DNA of 38,785 nt from Octopus bimaculoides (GCF_001194135.2 NC_068985.1:33611078-33649862), one strand, 5' to 3'. Positions 12,249 through 23,295 are shown, counted from the first letter of the stretch. Made by a program: numbers and translations. Notes: generated by a model from the sequence alone, not told the origin.

Positions 12249-13183
12249 NNNNNNNNNNNNNNNNNNNNNNNNNNNNNNNNNNNNNNNNNNNNNNNNNNNN
12301 NNNNNNNNNNNNNNNNNNNNNNNNNNNNNNNNNNNNNNNNNNNNNNNNNNNNNNNNNNNNNNNNNNNNNNNNNNNNNNNNNNNNNNNNNNNNNNNNNNNN
12401 NNNNNNNNNNNNNNNNNNNNNNNNNNNNNNNNNNNNNNNNNNNNNNNNNNNNNNNNNNNNNNNNNNNNNNNNNNNNNNNNNNNNNNNNNNNNNNNNNNNN
12501 NNNNNNNNNNNNNNNNNNNNNNNNNNNNNNNNNNNNNNNNNNNNNNNNNNNNNNNNNNNNNNNNNNNNNNNNNNNNNNNNNNNNNNNNNNNNNNNNNNNN
12601 NNNNNNNNNNNNNNNNNNNNNNNNNNNNNNNNNNNNNNNNNNNNNNNNNNNNNNNNNNNNNNNNNNNNNNNNNNNNNNNNNNNNNNNNNNNNNNNNNNNN
12701 NNNNNNNNNNNNNNNNNNNNNNNNNNNNNNNNNNNNNNNNNNNNNNNNNNNNNNNNNNNNNNNNNNNNNNNNNNNNNNNNNNNNNNNNNNNNNNNNNNNN
12801 NNNNNNNNNNNNNNNNNNNNNNNNNNNNNNNNNNNNNNNNNNNNNNNNNNNNNNNNNNNNNNNNNNNNNNNNNNNNNNNNNNAGTGGTGGTGGTGGCCGC
12901 CGCCTCCTTTTTGGTGGGGCAATACATTCTGTTACCTGGTTTAATATCAAATCCTAGCCTGTGGGTCTCTTTACCCTGTTACAAAATTTCCAGCCTGGCT
13001 CCCAGCTTAGGGTTATATATTGGGTTATCTTGGTCTCATGATACACCAACGCCCTTTACATTAGATGCCAAAAACTAAAACTGAATCCACTGGAAAATTC
13101 TCCCTCATATACTCTGACATCTGTGGATTCTGATCCAACCTAGAATCCACATATTACCTCTTACTAACATGAAAACCATATAC

Positions 13184-13255
13184 CACGAGCAGGCTGTTCC
13201 GTTGATCGAATCAACTGGAACCCTCGACGTCATAAGCGACGGAGTGCCAACAACA
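13184..13255 (+). mobile_element. 5'-truncated 3' end of SINE family C (or of its partner LINE)
   Basis: CACGAGCAGGCTGTTCCGTTGATCGAATCAACTGGAACCCTCGACGTCATAAGCGACGGAGTGCCAACAACA matches the last ~72 nt of 17231-17618. Confidence 0.85.
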
Positions 13256-14084
13256 TATTGGCATGAAATATTTGATTGTGAGCTGTACAATTTTATAATT
13301 TCCTTTTACTGGAAAGATACATGCAATGATTATAAAGGGGTTGTTTTTTTTGTTTTTTACTGGCTTAATGTAACTTCTGTGACTCTTTTTATAGCCTTTG
13401 AGATTTGTGGGAGGAATTTATCCCCTGACCAGACACCTGATATGAATGCCTACAACTAAGTGGATTCTGCATAAAACACCCTTAGATCAGATAGTGATGG
13501 TAAACGTTGCAATGGATTATGTCACCCATCTAAGAATAGAAACAGTCCCTGTGATAAGTTTCCACATACTTACTATCTACCAAATTTCCCTTACATGTCT
13601 TTGGTGAACCAGGGGCCATGGTTGAACCATGGTTGAAGACACTTACCTGAGATGTTATGTAGTAAGATCTGCAATGTTGGGAAAGAAATTAATTGAAAAC
13701 TGTCTGTTTTATATATCCATTTGCAAAATCAATGCTATATATATACACAATACAGAGACAATTATGTTGAATTTAATGTCAATTAGTTATAGAAATACAA
13801 TGAGTAGACAATGGAAACTCTCCAGTTTATAGTTAGAACAATGATAAATTTAGATCAGGCAACCACTGAAATAATGCTCTAGCATGGTCTTGATGTAATA
13901 GCAAAAACAAACTAAAAAACAAGATAAGATGTTATATACTGTCTCATACTATCTTGAAAAATTGGATGTTAAAACAATGAAACTAATATCTCTTTCATAT
14001 TCATGAGTACGATATAGTGATTTTTCTATGTAGGCTCAAAGCAACAAATTATGGAGAAGTGTAAAGCAGCATCATCATCATCAT

Positions 14085-14310
14085 CTTCATCATTGCTTTA
14101 ATGGCCACATTTCCACGCTTGCATAGATCAGACAGAATTTGTTGAGGTGGATATTTTTTATGGTTGGATGACCTTGTCCTCAACCTTCACCTGTTTCCAA
14201 GCAAGATAATGTTTCTCCATGGCCAGACATGATTTTCATAGAAGACTGGAAACTAACAATGTTGCTTGTATGACAGTGATGCTCACTTACAAACCTCATA
14301 TGGTATCAAA
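14085..14310 (-). mobile_element. Family D (RTE-tail-like) copy
   Basis: CATCAT ... TTTAATGGCCACATTTCCACGCTTGCAT ... GGTTGGATGACCTTGTCCTCAACC; similar to 22202-22395 and 23850-24065. Confidence 0.6.
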
Positions 14311-14528
14311 ACAAGCATATACACACATTCACAGACACACACTCATGTGTGTGTGTATTTTGCTTAGGTATTGCGAGACTAATAACCTGGTGTAGAACTC
14401 AATGGGAGGAGTTCTTGGTTTTCATTCCCCATGTATGTGTTTGCTTTCTCACTAGTAATGCTTTTTCCTATATATATATATATGCATAAATGTAATTCTT
14501 TTCCCAAATAAATTGCACTTCATATTCG

Positions 14529-14610
14529 AGGTTCTGATGAAGCTATAAGGTGATACTCAGGCACTTAACTATGAGCCCACTGCATCTTATGGCAGAAACA
14601 GCTGTAAGTT
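14529..14610 (+). ncRNA. Minimal type I hammerhead ribozyme motif (Penelope-like element remnant)
   Basis: CTGATGA at 14534-14540; stem II GCTATAAG/CTTATGGC; GAAAC-AGCT-GTA at 14595-14606. Confidence 0.65.
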
Positions 14611-14687
14611 AATGAAGTTCATAAGACAATTGTTTATTCCTTTGTTATCTCATTTTATTATATATATATATATATATATGTATATAT

Positions 14688-14830
14688 GATAAGCTTCTTA
14701 CAGTTTCCATCTACTACATCCACTCACAATTCTTTGGTTGGCCCAGGGCTATAGTAGAAAACATTTGTCCAAAGTGCCAAACAATGGGATTGAACTCAAG
14801 ACCACAAAGTTTGAAAGCAAGCTTATTGAC
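14688..14830 (-). mobile_element. SINE family A 5' part
   Basis: CAGTTTCCATCTACTACATCCACTCACAA ... GGGCTATAGTAGAAAACATTTGTCCAAAG. Confidence 0.75.
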
Positions 14831-16580
14831 CCCAGTACTTAATTGCTTCTTATTTTAAGACCCACCTGGAAAGAGACAGAGTAAAATTGATCCTGGTGGA
14901 TCTGAACTCAAAATGTAAAGTGATACCACCAGGCATTTTATCAAGCAATGTACTAACTCTACTAATTGACCATCCATGATTTTAATATAATAACAATACA
15001 TATAGACTATAACTCTTGTTATTGTTGTTTAACCTTAGTTCAAGCCTGATCAAGCAGACCTCTTCTCAAAGTCAATCCATCTATGACCACCTCATTTTTT
15101 TATCTAATTTTCTAAGGTGATAGAATATGATTTGAGAGAGACCTGGCTGTTATCACTTGTTGTTAGAGTGATCATAATGAGACTCATCTGTTGGTTTAGG
15201 AATATAACTTTTCTGAAAATGGATTGTATTCATTTATCCAGGTGCTGTAGAAAAAATAATGCTTTTCTGAAAGTCCAGCAGTTTGATTCAAACATTGGCT
15301 TTCACTGAACTGATTCATCAACTTCCTTTCATTCTATTCAAAAGACAAGAATACATGTAAACTTGTGTACTCTCACACTGCTATCTATTTCCACATATGG
15401 TCGTCAGCTGTATGTTGTCTCGTATGTCAATTCTTTAAACTACAATCTCCTGTTGTTTATAATATAAATTTTCAATCTTTGTCTGTGTAGTATGTTTATA
15501 TGCACGCACACACATACCCACTCTTATATTCATATTCATTCAGTGCTTCATTCATTCTCTCTTATTTTTCCTTGATCTTACATTCATTCCCTGTCTTTCT
15601 CACTCTCTGATACATACATCTACATATACATGCATTTTATTCCATATTTACTTTCGCTCTTGTCTATTTGTCTCACTCACACACACATATACACATTATG
15701 ATAGCGATGTATAAACTCAGTAAATGTATAATTATCATGAATTTTAATCCAGTATTTACTGAATCCATATTACTACATATAATCATATTTCAAAAATCAA
15801 TATAATAGTACCTTTTAACACCTCATTAAAAATATTTCTAACTTTGATTTCATTTTAAATAATTCTTCTTTTAATATCTCATTGTGATTTTGTTTTCTGT
15901 TTGTTTTTTTGCTTGTTTTATTGTAGCTTTATATCATTGAAGCAAGTATATTTTTACAACATAATCCTTTCCCTGCTCCTAATCTCACAGCTGTTATGTA
16001 AAAGTAAAACTTGTTGATAGTTATTGAGACTGAAACAAGCAGGGATCTATGCTAAATAAGTTTTGAATTCATTGCTGTATAACCAGGAGACCAAGACCTT
16101 AACTTCTTGGTAGTACAAGTGAAGGATAGTTTACGTCAGCTGAAAGAAGTCACCCACCTGCTACCTCAAATTTAAAAGCATTTACCTACCACTGTAATAC
16201 TTGCAAAATAATCACCAGGAAAGTAAAATGTGATTTTGCGCAACACAGCCAACCAATTTTCTTGCATCCCAAATTGTAGCTGGGTCTTCTGCTCGCTTGC
16301 CAATAGGGTCTCCATAAACTTTGCAGAGGGATCCATCTACCAAGCCTCAACCAACATAGCTTCCTAAGCAACATATAAATATATTACATTTCATGTTTGA
16401 CTATGTGTGCGCATGCACCACACACATGCACACAACAAAGCACTTCCTTAACTTACTGCCTTTAATCTACTGGTCTCACTATCTTATACATACTTTTAAA
16501 AATTCACTATTGATTCCAGTACACAAGTGATATACCTTGACATTATCTCTTCTGTTACACTCAACAAATGTATGTCATAG

Positions 16581-16749
16581 CTAGCCCCTGTCCTCACCAA
16601 ACTCTTAAATCTTCCTCTCTACGGGGAACTGTTCCAGTAAATAGAAAACCAACCTATTTGTCTCATTTCCAAGAACAAGTTTTCTGACTCTGAATTATCA
16701 ATCATCCTATTGCCCTCACTTCTAATGTCTCAAAAGTTTTGGAAACAGT
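16581..16749 (+). pseudogene. Decayed CR1/L2-group LINE reverse-transcriptase N-terminal fragment
   Basis: Frameshifted translation LAPVLTKLLNL ... GTVP ... NHPIALTSNVSKVLETV resembles LINE RT LAPVLTKLFN ... NYRPIALTS.ISKVMET. Confidence 0.65.
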
Positions 16750-16751
16750 AA

Positions 16752-16890
16752 GCATCATCATCATCATCATCATCTTCATCATCATCATCATCATCATCTC
16801 CTTCTTCTTCTTCTTCTTCTTCTTCTTCTTCTTCTTCTTCTTCTTCTCCTCCTCCTCCTCCCCCTCCTCCTCCTCTCCCTCCTTCTTCTT
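16752..16890. repeat. Compound trinucleotide microsatellite (CAT)n(CTT)n(CCT)n
   Basis: Directly visible. Confidence 0.95.
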
Positions 16891-17230
16891 TCTTTCTCCC
16901 CACCTCCCCCACTATGTCATAAACCAGTAGTCTTCTGCTACTAAAAATTGCTGCAAAAATAATGTTGCTGCTCTCAACAACACCANNNNNNNNNNNNNNN
17001 NNNNNNNNNNNNNNNNNNNNNNNNNNNNNNNNNNNNNNNNNNNNNNNNNNNNNNNNNNNNNNNNNNNNNNNNNNNNNNNNNNNNNNNNNNNNNNNNNNNN
17101 NNNNNNNNNNNNNNNNNNNNNNNNNNNNNNNNNNNNNNNNNNNNNNNNNNNNNNNNNNNNNNNNNNNNNNNNNNNNNNNNNNNNNNNNNNNNNNNNNNNN
17201 NNNNNNNNNNNNNNNNNNNNNNNACCTCCA

Positions 17231-17618
17231 GTGGAGGCGCAATGGCCCAGTGGTTAGGGCAGCAGACTCGCGGTCATAGGATCGCAGTTTCGATTCCCAG
17301 ACCAGGCGTTGTGAGTGTTTATTGAGTGAAAACACCTAAATCTCCACGAGGCTCCGGCAGGGGATGGTGGCGAACCCTGCTGTACTCTTTCACCGCAACT
17401 TTCTCTCACTCTTACTTCCTGTTTCTGTAGTGACTGTAATTCAAAGGGTCAGCCTTGTCACACTGTGTCACGCTGAATATCCCCGAGAACTACGTTAAGG
17501 GTACATGTGTCTGTGGAGTGCTCAGCCACTTGCACGTTAATTTCACGAGCAGGCTGTTCCGTTGATCGGATCAACTGGAACCCTCGACGCCGTAAGTGAC
17601 GGAGTGCAAACAACAACA
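17231..17618 (+). mobile_element. Full-length young SINE family C
   Basis: tRNA-like head GTGGAGGCGCAATGGCCCAGTGGTTAGGGC ... GTTTCGATTCCC, 3' hairpin and CAACAACA tail. Confidence 0.9.
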
Positions 17619-17639
17619 CTACAACATGCACAACTAATG

Positions 17640-17900
17640 TCTTAACATCTGTTTTCTTCTGCTACTATGTCCCCATTCCTCTGAAAAGCAAATTGTATAC
17701 CAACTTCATTTAAACTCACTCTTTTGCTCTTTTATTCTTCGTACTTTGTTACACCTCCATCCAAATCTTATATGAAACACTTTTCCCAAGCATTTCCCCT
17801 TAGAATAGAAACTCCCTGAAATACCCTCTCTATCCACATTTCATTTGTGGACATTGATCTATAGAAGTTTAAGATAAGCATCAACTATATCAATCTCACC
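17640..17900 (+). pseudogene. Probable decayed 3' end of a CR1-like LINE ORF2
   Basis: Translation DIDL*KFKISINYINL and FP.RI ... NTLSIH resemble the CR1-type C-terminus (FFPRT..LWNSLP ... NLQKFK..IN). Same strand as 16581-16749. Confidence 0.45.
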
Positions 17901-18108
17901 AGGCTGAGATACTCTATAAAAGCCTTGAGCACTGCTCCTCCTCTTTTTACTGATATATTTAAAAAAAGTTAAAATGAGTTTGTCTCATGGCTGGCTGCTA
18001 ACAAATTTTTCTGCAATATAAGGATGTTGTATCCTATTTATGCTATTCGGCATTATTATTATGCATTTCAGAGTAAAATATTTCCATACCTGTGTGTATA
18101 TATATATA

Positions 18109-18190
18109 AGGGCTACGCCCGAAACGTCATACACTCTCTCTTTCCTTTCCCGAGCGTCCAATAACACTATCCGTATCACGTCCTCACTTT
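18109..18190 (+). mobile_element. Penelope-like terminal remnant with partial hammerhead (stem II + GAAAC-GTC, CTGATGA box missing)
   Basis: AGGGC-TAC-GCCC-GAAAC-GTC at 18109-18128, abutting a (TA)n run. Confidence 0.5.
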
Positions 18191-18460
18191 GTGGTTTTTT
18201 TTGTTATTGTTTTTTTTAACTTATATATATATATATATNNNNNNNNNNNNNNNNNNNNNNNNNNNNNNNNNNNNNNNNNNNNNNNNNNNNNNNNNNNNNN
18301 NNNNNNNNNNNNNNNNNNNNNNNNNNNNNNNNNNNNNNNNNNNNNNNNNNNNNNNNNNNNNNNNNNNNNNNNNNNNNNNNNNNNNNNNNNNNNNNNNNNN
18401 NNNNNNNNNNNNNNNNNNNNNTTGTACATTACTTCAGACAACCTATACATATATCTCATA

Positions 18461-18790
18461 GTTCCAGGTTCAGTCTTATTGCATGGTACCTTGGGCAAGT
18501 GTCTTCTGCTATAGCCTTGGGCTGACCAAAGCCTTGTGAGTGGATTTGATAGACTGAAACTGAAAGAAGCTGTCATGTGTGTGTATTTGTCACCCCCATC
18601 ACCATTTGACAACCAGTGTTGGTGTGTTTACACCCCCGTAACTTAGCAGTTCAGTAAAAGAGACCAATAGAATAAATACTAGGCTTAAAAAATATGTCCT
18701 GGGGTCAATTTGTTCAACTAAAATCCTTCAAGATGGTGTTCCGGCATGGCTGCAGTCAAATGACTGAAACAAGTAAAAGAATAGCAGAAT
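18461..18790 (+). mobile_element. SINE family A, missing the extreme 5' end
   Basis: GTTCCAGGTTCAGTC ... CCTTGGGCAAGTGTCTTC ... GACTGAAACAAGTAAAAGAAT. Confidence 0.85.
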
Positions 18791-19522
18791 ATATACACAT
18801 ATATATATATTTGGGTCACTTTTCTCAGCTGAAAGTTTACTGGATATAACCACTACTGCAACTGCTGCAAGCTTTTCTGCAACAATTCTTGTTAAAACAT
18901 CGATTTAAAGAGATAAATAGTTAATTTAATCTATTTTGCTCATTAGCATTTTATATCCAGCCATATTAAGCAACTTAATAGCTCTCACAATTCACACTCC
19001 TTAATCAAAATTTATTCCCTTCTTCATGAATTTTCTCTTATTTCATTCTTACATTATTTATTAACACCCATCCCATTTCACTACCATCTTTTTACTTTTG
19101 CAAGTTATTTATTTATTATCTTATTGATCAAAATGCTAGGTTGATTTATTTTTAAGCTATCAAAAGCACCATAATATTCACATCTAATCAGGCTACAGCT
19201 ATTACTGACAATTGCAGTTCTTGTCATTTTTAGTCTGATCCTTCTATTTTCTGAGTTCACATTCAACTGTGATTGACTTTGCCTTTCATTTCTCTAGTTT
19301 TTGTAAAATAAGCACAAGGTGTATTTGCCTCCACCCAATTCCTCCTCGCTTAAAACCAGTGTTTATTTGTTTATAGACCCATAATTTAGTGGTTCAGCAA
19401 TACAGACCAATAGAAAAAGTACCAGACTTTAAAAAACAAAAACAAAAAAAAAAAGGAAAGAAGTCCTGGGGTCAATTTATTCAGTTGAACCCTCCAAGGT
19501 GATGCTCCAGCATGACCACAGT

Positions 19523-19525
19523 CTT

Positions 19526-19622
<97 letters not shown>
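19523..19622. repeat. (CT)n microsatellite following a family A 3' fragment (19370-19522)
   Basis: Directly visible. Confidence 0.95.
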
Positions 19623-20001
19623 GGAACCCTGCCACACTCATCTATTTCCTCTCTTTCATGTTCCTTTCCTCTACACCTTCCATCCATACTTGCCCTTATA
19701 TTGTGGGATAGCTCTGGTCCCCTTCTACATAATGCACCTCATTACTCTGTCCCTTCATTACTCATCACCCTCATTACTGTCCCTTTCTAAGTAACAACTG
19801 ACCCTAATCGTTTCTTTTTCTCCTGTTATTTCAGTACCCCCACCCCTAATAGTATCTACTCTGTTTCTCTTACCACCTTGCTTTAAATCGTCGCTCTTCC
19901 CTCTCTTTCTCTCTTTCTCTCACTCTTTCTCTCATTCTCTCTTCTGAGTTGTAAGCTCTTTAGTTTTACAAGATTCAAAGCAACCTCACTAGAGCTAATG
20001 C

Positions 20002-20178
20002 CATCAAAAAAAGCACTCAGTACACTCTGTAAATGGGTTTGCATTAGGAAGAGCATGCAGTCATTGAAACTATGCTGAAACAGACATTAGTCTATGATGC
20101 CGTCTTCTGACTCATCAGATCCTTTCAAGTCATCCAGCCCATGCCAGTGAGTGAATGTTTAATGATGATGATGATGAT
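20002..20178 (+). mobile_element. Family D (RTE-tail-like) copy, sense orientation
   Basis: AAAAGCACTCAGTACACTCTGTAAA ... TGCATTAGGAAGAGCATGCAG ... CCAGCCCATGCCAG ... TTTAATGATGATGATGAT. Confidence 0.6.
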
Positions 20179-20183
20179 ATACC

Positions 20184-20592
20184 TGAAGTATATTTGCCAC
20201 TTAAATGCGGCTAACCACTAAGGGTGAATGCTACTGTAGCTTGTAGCCCCATGAGAACACCTCTACCTGACTATTGACACACTTTCTGTGCCCTATCAGT
20301 ATTTGCAAAGGGAAGTCATCCTTCCCATCGTCGGCCTGACGTGATACGCATGGACCCGGGTTTCTGGGTATTTACCTTTCGTCAGCGCACAACAATCACC
20401 GGTCTTCAATGCGAAGGGGTCCCGATGCAAATACATATATCCTTTTCCCAGTGACAAAAAGTCACTGATCTCGAAAAAGTGTAAACGAACAAAAATAAAT
20501 TTCTGAATGAGGTATAAACAGTAACTGCACAACAACATGAAGTATATTTGCCACTTTAATGCGGCTAACCACTAAGGGTGAATGCTACTGTA
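20184..20592. repeat. 55-bp direct repeats (20184-20238, 20538-20592; 54/55 identical) bracketing a CpG-rich segment
   Basis: TGAAGTATATTTGCCACTT(A/T)AATGCGGCTAACCACTAAGGGTGAATGCTACTGTA occurs twice. Confidence 0.9.
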
Positions 20593-20672
20593 CTTCACTT
20601 TGTCGTGCAGCTAGTGTTTATTCCTCGTTCAGAGATCTATTATTAGATGATGATATAGATAAATATATATAT

Positions 20673-21245
20673 GGGTGCAGGAGTGGTTGAGTGGTAAGTA
20701 GCTAATAGGCACAGGAGTGGCTGTGTGGTAAGTAGCTATAGGTGCAGGAGTGGCTGTGTGGTAAGTAGGTTATAGTAGAAGACACTTGCGCAAAATGCTA
20801 CGCAGTGGGACTGAACCTGGAACCAGGTGGTTGGTAAGCAAGCTACTTTATTTCATAAATATTATGGCAAATATTTATGAAATAAAGTAGCTTGCTTATC
20901 AGCCACTTGGTTCCGGGTTCAGTCCTGCTGCGTGGCACTTTGCGCAAGTGTCTTCTACTATAACCTCGGTCTGACCAAAGCCTTGTGAGTGGATTTGGTA
21001 GATGGAAACTGAAAGAAGCCCATCATATATGTATGTTTGTGTGTCTGTGTTTGTCCCCCCACCGTTGCTTGACAACCGATGTTGGTGTGTTTATGTCCCA
21101 TAACTTAGTGGTTCGGCAAAAGAAACCAATAGAATAAGTACTAGGCTTACAAAGAATAAGTCCTGAGGTCAATTTGTTCAACTAAAAGCAGTGATCCAGC
21201 ATGGCTGCAGTTAAATGACTGAAACAAAATAAAAGAATAAAGTAA
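20673..21245 (+). mobile_element. Rearranged SINE family A: triplicated head, inverted duplication, then the normal body and tail
   Basis: Three GG(T/C)(G/A)CAGGAGTGG.TG.GTGGTAAGTAG units at 20673-20768; inverted arms 20767-20863 and 20870-20966; canonical tail to 21245. Confidence 0.9.
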
Positions 21246-21267
21246 AAAATTAAAGTATATAAAACAT

Positions 21268-21900
21268 AAGTAGGGAGGGAGTTCCAGCGAGCCAACATCG
21301 TAGGAAAGAAGAGCTCTTTAGAGCAAAGGCCATTATAGAAGCAATAGAAAATGTAGGAGAGAGGTGACAGCACAGCTGTGAACCAGAAGCCAGAGCATGT
21401 CTGTGAGGGAATTTATATCAATCAGTCAGATGGCCCTTTTCTATATATGGTCTAGAGTACCTGTATGCAGCAGCACCCTCCCAGATTTGAAAGCAAGATT
21501 TCCTTCTGAACCTCTTTGAGCTTTGTAGAAAGTGAATAGCTTTTGGAGGATGAAGAGTCTTCTGACCATTAACAGAAGGGTTAGTTGTTTGAATGCACTC
21601 CTTGATAGTGAGACCAGGCATTTGGAATGATTGTGAGAGCTCCAGCTGCATGCATGCTATTCATGCTTAAGTAGGGTGTAATATAACAATGTTTTGTTGG
21701 TATAACTACATATCTATGACTACTTGCTAAAGCACATGTACATACATACATTACTAGTTGCTTTCCATGTCCAAGAATGTCAGTTTCCTCTCAATTAAGT
21801 GGGTTCTCCATGTTGATAGTATTAATGACTGACAAGGACAATCCTTACACAAAAGAGGCTCGAACAAGAATAGCAAAAAAGAGTTGGCAGAAGTCATGGT
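21268..21900 (-). pseudogene. Decayed CR1/L2-group LINE ORF2, C-terminal region
   Basis: Minus-strand pieces KLFTFYKAQ, IWEGAAA, YIFYCFYNGLCSKEL and FFPTMLARWNSLP match CR1-type LLTLYKAQ / HIWDGA / LFYRYYNGLCS.EL / FFPRT..LWNSLP. Confidence 0.6.
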
Positions 21901-22201
21901 TGTGGCAACTTTAAAAAGGTCATTAGGTGGTGATAGTGTTACACATCTGAAACACTTCCGAGCTTCTTTACCATGATTTTGTCTCAATTTCAGCCATTTT
22001 CAGGATTGATTGTAGCTTGTATTTATAACAGCAGAGAGGACAACCTTGTGGCCTGTTCCTAATGGTTAATTCACTAAAGAGAATCTGACAGAGAAATCTC
22101 TCTTCATTCATTCTAACCATATGTTCTGACCGTCATAGCCAGTGTTTCACCATAGTGGGTTCTATGCTCAGAGTAGTACTTATGGTTTGTTGCTGAAGAA
22201 A

Positions 22202-22608
22202 TCATCATCATCATTTAATGTCCAGATTTCCATGCTCGCAGGGATCAGAGAGCATTTGTTGAGGCAGATTTTCTGCAGCTGGATGGCTTTCTAGTTGCCA
22301 ACCCTCATTTTTTCCCATAGCTAAACATTTTTTACAAGGAAGACTGAAAACAAACAGCTTTGCTTGTACAATGATGATGCTTATTTACAACCATTATGTA
22401 AAGCCTAGACAAGGGTACGCACAAACACATATATACACATATATATATGACCAGCTTTTTTCAGTTTCCATCTACTAAATCCACTCACAAGTTTGGTTGG
22501 TTCAGGGCTATTGTAGAAGATATTTGCCCAAGGAACCATACAATGGAAGAATCCAAAACCACATGGTTGAGAAACAAGCTTCTTTACCATAAAGCCACAT
22601 CTATGCCT
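22202..22608 (-). mobile_element. Family D copy (22202-22395) followed by family A head (22452-22608), both antisense
   Basis: CATCATCATTTAATGTCCAGATTTCCATGC ... GCTGGATGGC.TTCTAGTTGCCAACC; then TTTCAGTTTCCATCTACTAAATCCACTCACAAG. The same D-then-A arrangement recurs at 23850-24309. Confidence 0.7.
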
Positions 22609-23075
22609 TTGCGTGTGTGTGTGTGTGTAAATGGTGGTAATTGACAGAACAAAAACAAAAGTAGGAAATTTAAACCACTGTATGCAGGAAACTGAAAAAT
22701 TTTAAGTTAGGTGATTGAAAAAACAATTATTTTAGTCTAAGCTATCTTCCAGAACAATTTTAATTAATTAAATAATAATCTAAAACCCACAATAATGCAA
22801 CTTTAAAATGATAAAATATCTAGAAAATGCTGTTAAGAGATAACAAAATGATTTGTTATAAATTTACAAACAAAAAACAATTGTCTAAAAAAAACTGAAG
22901 TCATCACTAAAGAAGATGAATATAACACCAGTATTGTTAAGATCAACAAAAATGGTTTTGTCTGTGAGAGGAATTAAAGTTAGAACCAAATACCTCCAAA
23001 AGCTACTAGGATTGTTACTCATCCTGCTAGAAATACCAGCTAAATTTCTCTGGAAGCACATTCTATCATCTTTAA

Positions 23076-23295
23076 ACCTTTAGCATTTAATCTGGCCATG
23101 TCTGGTCCAAATGTTCTACCTGGTTTATGTTAAAACTGACCACATCCAGCCTCTCACCCCTACCCTACAATGTTATTCTAAAATTATACAAACACACCAT
23201 TAAAATCTTGTAGCTACGAGATAATGCATGATTAATTCAAAACAGTGTATATAAATAAGCATCACATTTGACAAAGAAATCTGAATGCTAAAGGG
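23076..23295. mobile_element. 220-bp piggyBac-type MITE, second copy
   Basis: TTAA at 23072-23075 and 23296-23299; TIRs ACCTTTAGCATT and AATGCTAAAGGG; same length as and colinear with 6441-6660. Confidence 0.85.

Noticed and set aside
12131-13078. Long ORFs of 245-300 aa (also 16730-17335, 18184-18612, 37466-38010)
   Set aside because: They consist of N-gap X residues flanked by microsatellite translation and are assembly-gap artefacts.
17231-17305. tRNA gene call for the tRNA-like heads (also 2095-2168, 8140-8214)
   Set aside because: No complete cloverleaf or acceptor stem and no oligo-T terminator; each continues into a repeated SINE body.
20296-20538. 80-aa minus-strand ORF inside the direct repeats
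   Set aside because: No recognisable motif, non-ATG start and no splice or expression evidence.
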